Shown here in pieces: positions 8,779 through 19,203 of a stretch of 64,000 bases of DNA; the first letter of the stretch is position 1; each line of letters opens with the position of its first letter. Under the pieces are notes generated by a model. It had not been told where the DNA came from, made no database searches, and saw only the letters and a list, made by a program, of their open reading frames with translations. Source of the stretch: Methanocellaceae archaeon UBA148 (lineage in GTDB: Archaea > Halobacteriota > UBA148); NCBI GenBank assembly GCA_002495885.1, contig DAHG01000033.1, positions 86,997-150,996 on the forward strand. The letters are read 5' to 3'. Made by a program: the position numbers and the translations under genes.

Positions 8779-11547
8779 CTATGCCTTATAGACATTACAT
8801 AATGCCACTTTCGTCTCTTGCATCTGCGTCTGCTCGTCATAGCCTGGGGATGCGATGATGTTGCATGAGTCGCCCCTTGCGAGTTCTTTAGCGCCTTCTG
8901 GGTATCTGTCTCCGTAGTCTACTCCTTCGAAAATCCCTGCCCAGTGATAGGGCATGAATAAAGTCCTTTCGTTGACTCTTTCAGTCACATTTGCTCTGAC
9001 CTTGCATCTTCCTCGAGCGGATTCAACCCAGACATAGTCCCAGTGCTTGACACCTAGGTAGTTTGCCACCTTCGGATTGATCTCGACGTACATCTCTGGC
9101 TGAAGCTCCGCCAGATAGTCTGAATTTCTGGTCTGAGCGCCTCCACCGTGATGCTCGACCTGTCTCCCTGTGGTCAGGATGAAAGGATACTTCTCGTGAC
9201 GCTTTTCAGCAATCGATCTCTGCTGTTCAGTCTTGAATTCGGTGAGAACCCTGTGAATCTTCTTATCCTCGTAGGTCGGATAAATCGCTACGAGATCTGG
9301 CTCTGGGCTCTCTATGGGCTCCCTATGCTTGGGCACTTCGTCGGTCCAGCCTGCTATCCTTAGCCTAGCTCTTCCTCTGCCTGTGGGGGGATTGCCCTCT
9401 GAAAGTGCCTGTTTGTTAACCCCTCCTGTCGGATCCGTCGTATATGCATATGTCCAGTGTATGCTGCCACCCGTACCAGCTGGTGGTAGGTTACCCCTCA
9501 CGATGTTCTCGCCTGCATTAGGCTCATCGGATGGATACGTCCACATTGCTCTGAAATCGTGTCCTCCTTCCATCACAGGAACCTTATCACGATACAGGAC
9601 AGGTGTTCCTGGATGGTCGGTCGTCCAGCAAGGCCATGGAAGACCCCAATATTGTCCATCGCAGGGTCCTCCTTTCGCTCTGCCGTCCCATGGATCAAAG
9701 GTATAATCGTATTCCTTCTGTAGCTTTATTCTCTCAGGCGTCTGTCCTTGAAGACCTATTGGTCTACAAGCAAGGTTGATCTCTCTGGTTACATCCTCTA
9801 TGCTCTTGTAGTCGAAGTGCTCTCCGAATCCCAATCTATTTGCTAGTTGCTGGAAGATCCACATGTCGTTTCGACTCTCATATAGTGGCGATATTACTGC
9901 ATCTCTCCACTGCCATTCTCTTCCAGTGGTGGTCGTGCTGCCACTGCCCTCTTGGCGAGTTGCAGCAGGTAGCAATATTATCCCATCTGACCTGTTTGGC
10001 ATAGCAGATGAACAGGTTGGAAAAGGATCGACAATCACTATCATGTCAAGTCTCTCCATAGCCTCTTTCTCTTTTTTCATCTCTGTAATTGAGTTTGTGG
10101 CTTCACCCCATAAGACTGCTACTTTGATATTGCGTGGCTGGTCGATCTCTGCCTCGGACTTCAGAACGCCCTCATACCAACGTGACACGGTGAATCCTAC
10201 CTTAGTCATCATGCTCTCGCCATTATGGGTAGCAAACCTGGCTTTCAGCTCATCGAAGGTTATCTTTCCACTTGTACTGGGTGTGTCGCTGAAGCACTGG
10301 GCATACCATTTCCAAGATGATTCGCTCGTTACTGCATAGTATCCTGGCAAGTAGTGGGCTAAAACGCCCATATCTGTCACGCCTTGCACGTTGTCATGTC
10401 CTCTGGCTGGCATACATCCGCCGCCCCATTCTCCTTGGTTGCCAAGTATGCATTGCAGGATGGCGCAAGCTCTAACGAGCTGGCTACCTACAGAATGCTG
10501 GGTAACCCCCATTGACCATATTATATTGCTTGGTCTGTTTTCGGAGATCATTCTAGCTACTTCTTTGAGCTGTGCTGCTGGAACCCATGTGATTCTTTCC
10601 ACGACCTCTGGCGTGTAGTCCTTTACAGCCTCCTTCACATACTCGAACCCATAGGTTCTGTTGTCAATGAACTCTTGGTCCTGCCAGCCGTTCTCTAGGA
10701 TGACGTTGATGAGACCGTATATGAACGCAATATCTGATCCAGGCCTGTGTCTTACAAATAGATCCGCCTTTGATGCCGTTCTAGTGAATCTCGGGTCAAC
10801 AACGACGATCTTTGCGCCCCTATCTTTCGAATCAAGGATCTTCTGCATCATCACTGGGTGTGCCTCTGCCGCATTTGAGCCGAAGAAGAAGTGACACTTG
10901 GCATGTTGCAACGCAATGATAGTGCTTGTCATGGCACCGTGACCGAATGTGTTTAGCAAGCCTGCAACTGTAGTGGAGTGGCATAGCCTTGCCTGGTGGT
11001 CTATGTTGTTCGTACCGAACAGCATCGCCAACTTTCTGAACATATACGCCTCTTCGTTGGATCCATGCACGAGACCGCAAAAGAAGACTGAATCTGGCCC
11101 ATAAGCGTTCCTAATGCTATTCAATTTGTCTGCAACCTTACCCAATGCCTCTTCCCATGAGATTCTCTTCCACTTGCCTCCAACTTTCTCCATGGGGTAC
11201 TTCAGTCTTCTCGGTGAGTTGGTGATGTTTGCCAAAGATGTGCCCTTGGAGCACATGCCTCCACGGTTTATGGGGTGGTCTTCCCAAGCGTCCATCTTGG
11301 TGAACACGCCCTGCTCTACGACGCCTGTATATCCACAACCCACAGAACAAAAGGAGCAAACGCTCTTCACTCGCTTCGTTGACGGAGTGGTCTCTGCTGC
11401 TGCTACTTTTTCGAATAGTTTACCGGTAAACTTCTTAGAAGTTGCGTATCCTCCAAGTGTTGCAGCTGCACCAAGTGCAGTCAATTTGGAGAAGGTACGT
11501 CTGCTCATCTTGATTTCACTGAGGATAGATTTTGATTTTGCCGCCAT
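8779..11547 (-). CDS. fdhA: Tat-exported Mo/W formate dehydrogenase alpha subunit (Cys ligand)
   Basis: SRRTFSK Tat motif, CSFCSVGC, DHQARLCHSTT active site, RGHDNVQG, C-terminal QMQETK. Confidence 0.93.
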   Translation of the reverse strand: MAAKSKSILSEIKMSRRTFSKLTALGAAATLGGYATSKKFTGKLFEKVAAAETTPSTKRVKSVCSFCSVGCGYTGVVEQGVFTKMDAWEDHPINRGGMCSKGTSLANITNSPRRLKYPMEKVGGKWKRISWEEALGKVADKLNSIRNAYGPDSVFFCGLVHGSNEEAYMFRKLAMLFGTNNIDHQARLCHSTTVAGLLNTFGHGAMTSTIIALQHAKCHFFFGSNAAEAHPVMMQKILDSKDRGAKIVVVDPRFTRTASKADLFVRHRPGSDIAFIYGLINVILENGWQDQEFIDNRTYGFEYVKEAVKDYTPEVVERITWVPAAQLKEVARMISENRPSNIIWSMGVTQHSVGSQLVRACAILQCILGNQGEWGGGCMPARGHDNVQGVTDMGVLAHYLPGYYAVTSESSWKWYAQCFSDTPSTSGKITFDELKARFATHNGESMMTKVGFTVSRWYEGVLKSEAEIDQPRNIKVAVLWGEATNSITEMKKEKEAMERLDMIVIVDPFPTCSSAMPNRSDGIILLPAATRQEGSGSTTTTGREWQWRDAVISPLYESRNDMWIFQQLANRLGFGEHFDYKSIEDVTREINLACRPIGLQGQTPERIKLQKEYDYTFDPWDGRAKGGPCDGQYWGLPWPCWTTDHPGTPVLYRDKVPVMEGGHDFRAMWTYPSDEPNAGENIVRGNLPPAGTGGSIHWTYAYTTDPTGGVNKQALSEGNPPTGRGRARLRIAGWTDEVPKHREPIESPEPDLVAIYPTYEDKKIHRVLTEFKTEQQRSIAEKRHEKYPFILTTGRQVEHHGGGAQTRNSDYLAELQPEMYVEINPKVANYLGVKHWDYVWVESARGRCKVRANVTERVNERTLFMPYHWAGIFEGVDYGDRYPEGAKELARGDSCNIIASPGYDEQTQMQETKVALCNVYKA

Positions 11548-11622
11548 TATTTTCCTCCTGATTTAAAATAACTCATAGTTATATGCAGCTAATCCTATTA
11601 AACAGTTACGTTTATTAAAATA

Positions 11623-12267
11623 CTAAAACGCCCCCTCGAATTCATCTATCCAATCTTTATCCATAAATATGAAGCCCTTCGTGATCTTTGCAATGCTCTT
11701 GTAGAAATCAGACTGCTCACTTTTGTACAGGTCGTCGCAGAAATCCGGCACCCATTTAATCAGATGCTCGTCCATGAACTCCTTTTGTAGCGACCAGTAT
11801 TTCCCTATGCACTCCCCCTTTTTTAGCGCTTCTTCACATAGATGGTGCATGAATTTTAGCTCGAATGCGATGTAATCCTCTGGTTCCGGGTATTCTTTGG
11901 ACTTTGCAATTCCTGCTTTCTTATAATCCTTTTTAAGCCTTAACAGGGACGGTCCCATCATCTTTCCATCTATATACATGGATTCGTAGGGGGGAACTGG
12001 AGGACTGCCAGGCCCTAGAAAGAGGCGAGTGTACTCGTCCGTCAACCTTTCATGAACCTCATCCACATCTTTGCTCGCTTTCATGAACTTTCTCAACTTC
12101 TCAAAGCCCTCGGTCATGTCCTCGTTCAATGGTTTCAGGTCTGGAATCGGAACCTTATTATTAACCAGATCTTCAGCAAGTTCACGTGGTGGCTCCTCTA
12201 CGTACATTCGATATAAAAACGCATATAGATTTTCTCTCAATTTCAAAAATTCTTCGATTTCCGTCAC
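11623..12267 (-). CDS. TorD/DmsD family molybdoenzyme maturation chaperone
   Basis: EYTRLFLGP...PPYESMY, EPEDY, F..EHL..W motifs. Confidence 0.9.
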   Translation of the reverse strand: MTEIEEFLKLRENLYAFLYRMYVEEPPRELAEDLVNNKVPIPDLKPLNEDMTEGFEKLRKFMKASKDVDEVHERLTDEYTRLFLGPGSPPVPPYESMYIDGKMMGPSLLRLKKDYKKAGIAKSKEYPEPEDYIAFELKFMHHLCEEALKKGECIGKYWSLQKEFMDEHLIKWVPDFCDDLYKSEQSDFYKSIAKITKGFIFMDKDWIDEFEGAF

Positions 12268-14312
12268 TTTATTTTCTCCAAAACCTTTCCTAACGCCCTC
12301 ACAGCCCTACAATCCTCGCAATATTTGAGCAGCCCCAACCGCTCCTCTGTACTGAGTTCATCACTTCCCTCAGACCCGCGTATCAAATTTGATGTGCGAT
12401 TCAATGCTGCTCTTGTTATAAACGCTTTACCACATGCCTCGCACTTAACAAGCTCTGACTCAGCTAAGGTGATCTCTTTTAGATCGCTTAATTTGGCGAA
12501 ATCAAGCACTTTGTTCAATTTAAGTGCCCCTTCTGGACATGCTTTCTCGCACAACCCGCAAGAGATGCAATGCCCATATATGAAATTGACCTTGTTCTCT
12601 TTTCTTAGTATCGCATTCATGGGGCACATGTTCATGCATGCGTTGCAGATGGTGCACTTTTCTGAGATGGTGATATCTGCAAAAGGAAATCCTGTATCTT
12701 CCTCAACGAAGTTTGGCGATATACCTGTCTTAACCGAGAGACCATGAACCAAACTCAATATGACGTCTCTCTTTGCTGTTTTGTCCAATTGGATTGGTTT
12801 CTTCTCTTTAATAGGAGATTGACTTAAACCTTGTACGAAATCCGCCACAGCACTCACGAAAGTACCTGGTTCGTCTGCATCGACTTGGATACGCTTTACT
12901 CGCTCGCCCAGACCAAATGCGCCCAGAGTCATATTGGCAAATTTTACTGCCGATTCTCCTGCCACAGGCAGGCAGTCTTCACATTTCAGCAGTAGAACTC
13001 CATCTGCACCCATATCGAAGGCTCGAAGAATGTGTGCCTCTGAAACAGAGTCAACACACGAAACTAATAATGGGAGAACAGGGGGATATTGAAGTCGTTT
13101 TCTGCCGACAAAATCCAGAGTTTTCTCGCATTCCGAACAGGCAAATAGTAGCACTTTAAGACTTGTGTCTTTTTTTGTTTTGCCCAGCAAGACCTCTATC
13201 TGCGAATATATGGTGTCATCCGGGTATTCTCTCAGTTGGGGGAGTGAGATCGGACAAACAGCAGAGCAGATTCCACAAGCCCTGCATGCAACCTCGTCAA
13301 ACGAGATTCTGTCTCCAGCACGTGTTATCGCACCATAGGGACATGCAATCTCACAGAGTTCACAGCCCACCGTTTCACTTTTTCCTGCAGCACAATTTTC
13401 TAAGTTCAGGCTCAAAACCCTTCGTTTTTTAATTTTTCCGAGATTTGAAATGATATCCAATACCGCAACTGATGGATCATCTCCGCACAAGTAAATACCA
13501 TCTCGCACAGGATATTTCCAATCTCCGACCACAAGTATCTGGCCTGCTTTTAGTGTTTCTTCTTTATGTTTTAGATCGATGGCACCAGTCGGACATGCAT
13601 CAATACAGTCTCCGCACTCATTGCAGAAATTATTGATCGAATACACCAAACCAGATTGAATCGCATTTTTCTGACATTTATTCTCGCACAGCCCACATAT
13701 GATGCATCTTTCTGGATCGATTTTTCCTTTCACTGTTTCTACAGAAAAATCACCCATTGTTCCTTTCACATCTTTTACGGACCCAATATGAACCAACATA
13801 TCCCCAAAAGAGGTGAACCCTGAGGCAGAGTCCATCAAAAGTTGTACATTAGCCAACTTTGAGAGGTTTTTTGCGGCCCTTATTCCTAGGGGCGAGTTTC
13901 CTATCACCAATACATCGTATCCCACATCGACGACAAAGCTCTCAACCTTAGGTCTTGTCTTTATACGATCAATGGCTGCCAGAAGCAAACGCTTTGCCTT
14001 TTCAGTAGCACCCTTTTCATCATGAGCCCACCCACAATGCTCTCTGAGATTTAACAGGCTGATGTCGTCGCCTTTGAATCCCATTCCTTCAACCAGCTCT
14101 TTGAAAATTCGTTTTTTGAACGTACAGCCTATGATGATCGAGTCGAGTTCCTTTCTTCTGATGTCATCTATAATATATGCAAGCCCGTTTTCCTGACACA
14201 ATAGGTCATGAACCTCGACGATCTCCGCTTCTTTCCCAATGCTTCGCTTGACTTCCCTGAAATCAATGCTTGACGTATTGTTGCATGTGCAAAGAAAAAT
14301 GCCAATATCCAT
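12264..14312 (-). CDS. Polyferredoxin with HdrA-like N-terminus and MvhD/FlpD-like domain
   Basis: GIFLCTC...LC...IGC...NLREHCGWAH...ATEKAK (HdrA N-domain); degenerate GNSPLG in place of the GxGxxG motif; several CxxCxxCxxxCP motifs; FAC...SC...ILRAFDMGADGVLLLKC (MvhD-like). Start set at the ATG of MDIGIF. Confidence 0.8.
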   Translation of the reverse strand: MDIGIFLCTCNNTSSIDFREVKRSIGKEAEIVEVHDLLCQENGLAYIIDDIRRKELDSIIIGCTFKKRIFKELVEGMGFKGDDISLLNLREHCGWAHDEKGATEKAKRLLLAAIDRIKTRPKVESFVVDVGYDVLVIGNSPLGIRAAKNLSKLANVQLLMDSASGFTSFGDMLVHIGSVKDVKGTMGDFSVETVKGKIDPERCIICGLCENKCQKNAIQSGLVYSINNFCNECGDCIDACPTGAIDLKHKEETLKAGQILVVGDWKYPVRDGIYLCGDDPSVAVLDIISNLGKIKKRRVLSLNLENCAAGKSETVGCELCEIACPYGAITRAGDRISFDEVACRACGICSAVCPISLPQLREYPDDTIYSQIEVLLGKTKKDTSLKVLLFACSECEKTLDFVGRKRLQYPPVLPLLVSCVDSVSEAHILRAFDMGADGVLLLKCEDCLPVAGESAVKFANMTLGAFGLGERVKRIQVDADEPGTFVSAVADFVQGLSQSPIKEKKPIQLDKTAKRDVILSLVHGLSVKTGISPNFVEEDTGFPFADITISEKCTICNACMNMCPMNAILRKENKVNFIYGHCISCGLCEKACPEGALKLNKVLDFAKLSDLKEITLAESELVKCEACGKAFITRAALNRTSNLIRGSEGSDELSTEERLGLLKYCEDCRAVRALGKVLEKIK

Positions 14313-14413
14313 CACAACTTTATATCGCAATAATAGAGCATAATACTTGTCATGCTCAATTGCGAGTCCACCCTTCAAAAGATTTATGGCATATTAATAA
14401 TTAAAATAAGATT

Positions 14414-14934
14414 ATACAACCAAAAACATTTGAAAACTACCCACGTGGGATTATAATCAGTTCTAATCTTGTTTCAGTTGCAATTTACCTTATAGGGCAT
14501 TTATCATCTATCAATTGGGCATTATCTGGATGTCACTCTATTTACTCTTTATTCTGGGACTAGAGATCCGTTTGATGAAAAGAAGTTGCGTTAATTGTTA
14601 TTATTACGGGAAATTTTGTGCTTTTGGTAAAGGAAAAATAAGTTCCTTGTTTTTCAAAAAGGGAAGTTCTCATAAATTTATCAAGGACGAGATTACCTGG
14701 AAAGATATACTCCCAGATTTCCTTGTTTCGATAATCTCCCTGATCGTAGGAATAGTGTTATTGATATTGAAATTTAATTTATTGATACTATCATTGATAG
14801 TATTATTAGTAATCCTTACTTCTGCAGGAAATGGTTTTGTTCGAGGCTCTTTAGCCTGTAAATTCTGTAAACAAAAAGAGATTGGTTGCCCCACAGAACA
14901 ATTATTCAATAAAAGCAAAGCAAAAAGTAAGTGA
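14414..14934 (+). pseudogene. Frameshifted small membrane protein with CxxCYYYG and CKFC motifs; cassette-like
   Basis: Upstream frame (ATA)QPKTFENYPRGIIISSNLVSVAIYLIG joins the 14515 ORF frame (AFIIYQLGIIW...) if one G is added at 14495-14497; the start appears to be ATG>ATA. Confidence 0.65.
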
Positions 14935-15000
14935 TGGTGGACTCACAACTCGAAATTTTGCCTTCGGCACCGTTGCACTAAAATTTCGTCCTAATGGAGA

Positions 15001-15084
15001 GCATAACAGCGATTAAGAGGTTACGCTCGGTTGTACCTCGTTCCACCGCTTCGCAAAAACTTCGCTTAATCGCATATGTTATGT
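15001..15084 (+). mobile_element. attC-like recombination site
   Basis: Starts with GCATAAC and ends with GTTATGT; inner arms GCGATTAAG/CTTAATCGC; 84 bp; lies downstream of the cassette-like ORF. Confidence 0.65.
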
Positions 15085-15584
15085 GATGTGTAATCAAGTG
15101 TAGAAAAATATATAGATAATTGAAGGATTGTATATTTATATGGATCTTAAAACTTCTGGAAAAATCTCAAAAAAAGAAATTCTTATTAAACATTATAACA
15201 AAACTCGTGGAGGAGTTGATAGGAAATTAATTTAATTGTTTTATCTCCTAATAAAAACTCGGTTACTTTTTTCTTTAGCAGGAACACCCCCCCCAAAAGT
15301 TATGGAATTTTTATTCCTGAACCAAGAGTATTGATAAAGGAATTTCGGACCTGTAAGTTTGATTCTTCTCTTAACGCAACTTAATAAATCTGCGGGTTTC
15401 GGCTCCATCTGCCATTGCAATAACCTTGGTCGAAACAAAATTTCGACAGATATAACATGGCCTATACGGTTCACTCACCTTGCAGGTTCGTTCACCAAAA
15501 TTTTCTTTTGGAAAACTTCGAATGAATCATAATGTGTCTACCAAGTCAACCAATTACCACTCGTTCAATTACTACGAAGAAGAT

Positions 15585-18500
15585 TCACATAAAATCTACC
15601 AATTCTGCCTGTTTGACTTTATCAGAAGCGAAAAGCGAGCGGATTTCGAGCTCTATCAAATGAAGCCGCTGTTTTGTGTAGTTGGAGACACCATATTCTT
15701 CTGCTGTTTTCAGCGAGACGTCCAGATATTTCTTGATAGATCCTTCATGCACTGTCAGTATTACCCTACCACCACATTTTGGGCATGTGCCCTTAAGTGG
15801 AGGTCTCCGAATCCTAGCATTACATTTAACACACCGCATTTTTTGTTTTGAGAATGCACGTAAATTGCCGATCAAATCGGGTAGGAAATGTGAGACTATG
15901 ACGCGCTCAGCCACATCTCTTGCATCGACAGCTCTAATCTTCTTTGCTAATGTTAGTTGCGCCTCCATTTTATCGATCATAGTTCCTAACGTCTTATATG
16001 CACTATTTATCGGGCCCGCAGCAATGTCAGAGGTATCGTGTGTGAAGTAAAAGCCCTCGTATTGCTTTGAAGATCCCAGCCTCGCCCCAACTGTATCCAT
16101 TTTTGCCTCTATGCTCTTTGGGTCGGCATGTTTCAAAGATGCCTCGTAGAATTCCAGTGGATACCTCCTTAGCAAATCTATATTATGCACCTCGCTATCG
16201 ATCTCGCTTGGGTTTATGCGAGTGGTAAGCACGATCGGTGCGTCCATCTTGCCCCCGCGTTTATCCGGTAGATATGAAAGGGAAAAGTTGAGCAGTCCGT
16301 CCATCAGAAGCATTATGCTGTCCTCGTCACCATCGCAATTACGACGCTTCGCTGCATGGAAAAACGGATGGGCATAACACACGGATGCACTGGTGAAGCC
16401 AAGTATTCGCCCTAGAACTCCTGCAGATGTGTGAGGTGCAAGCCCGATGACCAGTTTTCCTATCAGGTCGTCCACCGATTGGATTTTATAATAGGCGCCC
16501 ACACCATAGTATTTCACCAATAACTCATCCAAAAAGTTTGCAACAAGCAACAAATAATCTCCAGCACCTTTTGAGAGTATCACGTCCTGGGGCTTTAGTT
16601 CAACCACTTGACTTTCATCTTTGATGGTTTCGCCATCCATATCTAGGCAATATCCAAGCTCACTGAGCCGATCTAATGATATACCAATCTCCCTTGGTCG
16701 GAAGTGGGTGAGTGGCAAATCCGTTATATCATATCTGATGGTTCCATCCTTAAATACATATATTTCATTCTTGGCTCTTAGAATTCCTTTTTCAAGTGGT
16801 TCTGGGGTCTGATTTTTGGATGTTAGGCCTAGAACGCCTTTGAATTCTTCGGGCGCACGTTCACCTAATCTTTCCAGTGACCGAGCATAAAGGGCACTAA
16901 AATCGATGGTTTGCTTTTTAACAGAAGACATTTTCCTGCCACAACGGGGGCAAAGTTCCTTTTCTCCAGAGGAAATGCCACAGCTTACGCAGAACATAAC
17001 TGGAAGGGTACGCTCACCACAATCACATAGATTTTTGAATGTGGTGATGCCGCAATTAGGACATTTTTTGGTTCCTAACTCGATTTCAATTTCGCCTTTC
17101 TTATCATTTAATGAGCGGTTTCTGCTTCCTTCGCTGCCTGTTGGGAACAAGACATGTACTGGAGGATGCATTTTCCTTTTTTCTGACTTCTCTGGCCTCC
17201 CCATTCTACTGCCAATTCTGATCGGTGCACGCTCTCGAATTTGTACACCGGCCATTGCTGATACTGCTTCAATCGTTTTTACATATGATGTGGGTGTGCC
17301 CCTTTTATGTAGGTCTTGGTCCAGCCCAAGGCATCGAATAAGCGGAAGCGCATGATCGACAATTATGTTGTCCCCACGAACCTTATGAGAAATCAATAGC
17401 GTTTCTAGGAGCTCTTTAACTCTTAGATCAGCTGGAATGGTGAGAGTTTCACCATATTTCCCTTTTTTAGAGATGTGATTTGCCAACAAATCTAGCTCTG
17501 AGATGGTGATGTCGTGCCACAGATAGGTATATTTAGGGTGCAGCGACACATCAAATTGCTCTGATAGCTCAAACGCCCTCTCGGGTGTTATATCCGTGAG
17601 ATCTTCTTGGACGGATGTTTTCTCTTCAAGCTCCTGGATCCACCACTCATAACAATATGAGGCTGGAACGAGTGGTTGGGCATTCTCCAGAAAATCACCA
17701 TAATTTATCAGGATTTCCCCAACATCTATTATCTCTGCAACGCTCGGACGTAATTCATGTGCTTGCTCTACTGAATCTATACGCAAAACATCTCCATTAA
17801 CCAAGCGAACGGTCGGACCTTCTATTGTGTCCACCGGCGTGATACCAACCGCTTTTCCTGGTATCTCAACTTTCATTTGCGTGCCAGTGGCAAGGAAATC
17901 ATCAAGCAGGTTCATCGTAGCCGGATGGATCCCAGCAGTGGCATAAGACGAATTGCGCGAGCGTCCATATCGCAATCTAAATCCCCCTTTGGCGGAGGGG
18001 TGCGAGAAAACAGGCCTCCCCGCTATAATACCCTCAAGGAACTTTTCCTTTCGCCCAGATGTCTTCTCACCCACATGTTTCTTAATTATCAGATTATCCA
18101 ACCATTCCCAGCCATCTAAACCCAATTGTTCCACATATTTCTTGACCTTTGGTGCCTTTAATGCGAGTCCTTCTGCCAGCACAAGCACCATTCCGCCTCT
18201 AACCCGATTGGTCTCTATGCGAGCTAAGTTTCTGTACGCAGAAACCTCGTCCTCCTCAGTAGGTTCGCCATCTATGCAGATAGGACAATTATTAACGATC
18301 AGGCGAATTTCCTCATTTGAGGGAGTGTATTGAAGATTTGTTATCCTTTTATAAAGAAGGACTTCCTCAGCATAGCGCTCAACTTCCTCTTTTCGAGGCT
18401 TATATTCGGATATGCCGACTTTTCTGCGCACATAATCGGCCACTAAGACGGACAATGCCTGGGCAGTTCCTCCTGCACTCCTGATGGGCCCTGAATAATA

Positions 18501-18914
18501 TATTTTCAGATAGTCGGTTCCATCATCGTTTTCCCCCAAGCCTACGCGGGCGATGCCTTCAATTGGGGCAGCCACGATTCCTTCGGTTAGTATCGCCACT
18601 GCGGTCCTGATTGCGTCATCTACTAAATCGAGTCCTGATTTATTACCTATTTTGCCTTCAGCAAAGTCCAATCCTATATGCAAAGCTACTTCTTCTCTGG
18701 ATACCTTGGATTCCAACTCGCGAATTCTTTGCGCTACTCCTTTGATGCCCACCAGGCTTTCTACCCTGCCAGCAAGATCCTTGGCCAGCAGAATCTCTGG
18801 ATCTGGACTGGGGTCTTCACCGCGCATTTTAGCTTCTCTCGTTATTTTGATACAGCGCTCTAGTTCGGCTTCCAGTGAATTAAAATAGGATTGGATTTGC
18901 TCAGAACTCATCAT
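15585..18914 (-). CDS. polC: DNA polymerase D large subunit DP2 (no intein)
   Basis: [31 protein letters not shown] catalytic motif, C-terminal Zn finger and PIP box KQAELVDFM. Confidence 0.97.
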   Translation of the reverse strand: MMSSEQIQSYFNSLEAELERCIKITREAKMRGEDPSPDPEILLAKDLAGRVESLVGIKGVAQRIRELESKVSREEVALHIGLDFAEGKIGNKSGLDLVDDAIRTAVAILTEGIVAAPIEGIARVGLGENDDGTDYLKIYYSGPIRSAGGTAQALSVLVADYVRRKVGISEYKPRKEEVERYAEEVLLYKRITNLQYTPSNEEIRLIVNNCPICIDGEPTEEDEVSAYRNLARIETNRVRGGMVLVLAEGLALKAPKVKKYVEQLGLDGWEWLDNLIIKKHVGEKTSGRKEKFLEGIIAGRPVFSHPSAKGGFRLRYGRSRNSSYATAGIHPATMNLLDDFLATGTQMKVEIPGKAVGITPVDTIEGPTVRLVNGDVLRIDSVEQAHELRPSVAEIIDVGEILINYGDFLENAQPLVPASYCYEWWIQELEEKTSVQEDLTDITPERAFELSEQFDVSLHPKYTYLWHDITISELDLLANHISKKGKYGETLTIPADLRVKELLETLLISHKVRGDNIIVDHALPLIRCLGLDQDLHKRGTPTSYVKTIEAVSAMAGVQIRERAPIRIGSRMGRPEKSEKRKMHPPVHVLFPTGSEGSRNRSLNDKKGEIEIELGTKKCPNCGITTFKNLCDCGERTLPVMFCVSCGISSGEKELCPRCGRKMSSVKKQTIDFSALYARSLERLGERAPEEFKGVLGLTSKNQTPEPLEKGILRAKNEIYVFKDGTIRYDITDLPLTHFRPREIGISLDRLSELGYCLDMDGETIKDESQVVELKPQDVILSKGAGDYLLLVANFLDELLVKYYGVGAYYKIQSVDDLIGKLVIGLAPHTSAGVLGRILGFTSASVCYAHPFFHAAKRRNCDGDEDSIMLLMDGLLNFSLSYLPDKRGGKMDAPIVLTTRINPSEIDSEVHNIDLLRRYPLEFYEASLKHADPKSIEAKMDTVGARLGSSKQYEGFYFTHDTSDIAAGPINSAYKTLGTMIDKMEAQLTLAKKIRAVDARDVAERVIVSHFLPDLIGNLRAFSKQKMRCVKCNARIRRPPLKGTCPKCGGRVILTVHEGSIKKYLDVSLKTAEEYGVSNYTKQRLHLIELEIRSLFASDKVKQAELVDFM

Positions 18915-19203
18915 ATGCTATAAGGAATGCCAAATATATCATCATTGTCTTATCTATATTATAACAGGAGTTTCTTGAGCGGTTTAGCATACTTAAGAGC
19001 TGTTTGGGTGCCCCTTCCTACATACTTCTTATATCATCTGCCTAGCCTAAATAATCTTAAACACAGTTACTTACGTATGCATTTGTGTTTACTATCGCAT
19101 TAGTTGTATTCGCAATTCATTAAGGGGTAATTGTAAGTGAATTAGTAGGCGATAATAAAATAAAAAGAGGGTGTAGTGTTATAGTATATCCCCTAAGACG
19201 ACA

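Noticed and set aside
15090-15580. Short ORFs after the attC-like site as an integrase or a further cassette
   Set aside because: No tyrosine-recombinase motifs (R...HxxR...Y) are recognisable; this looks like AT-rich debris.
15585-18914. Inteins in DP2 (also checked Cdc6 and LonB)
   Set aside because: The usual insertion sites are continuous (for example RRNCDGDED) and the protein lengths are normal.
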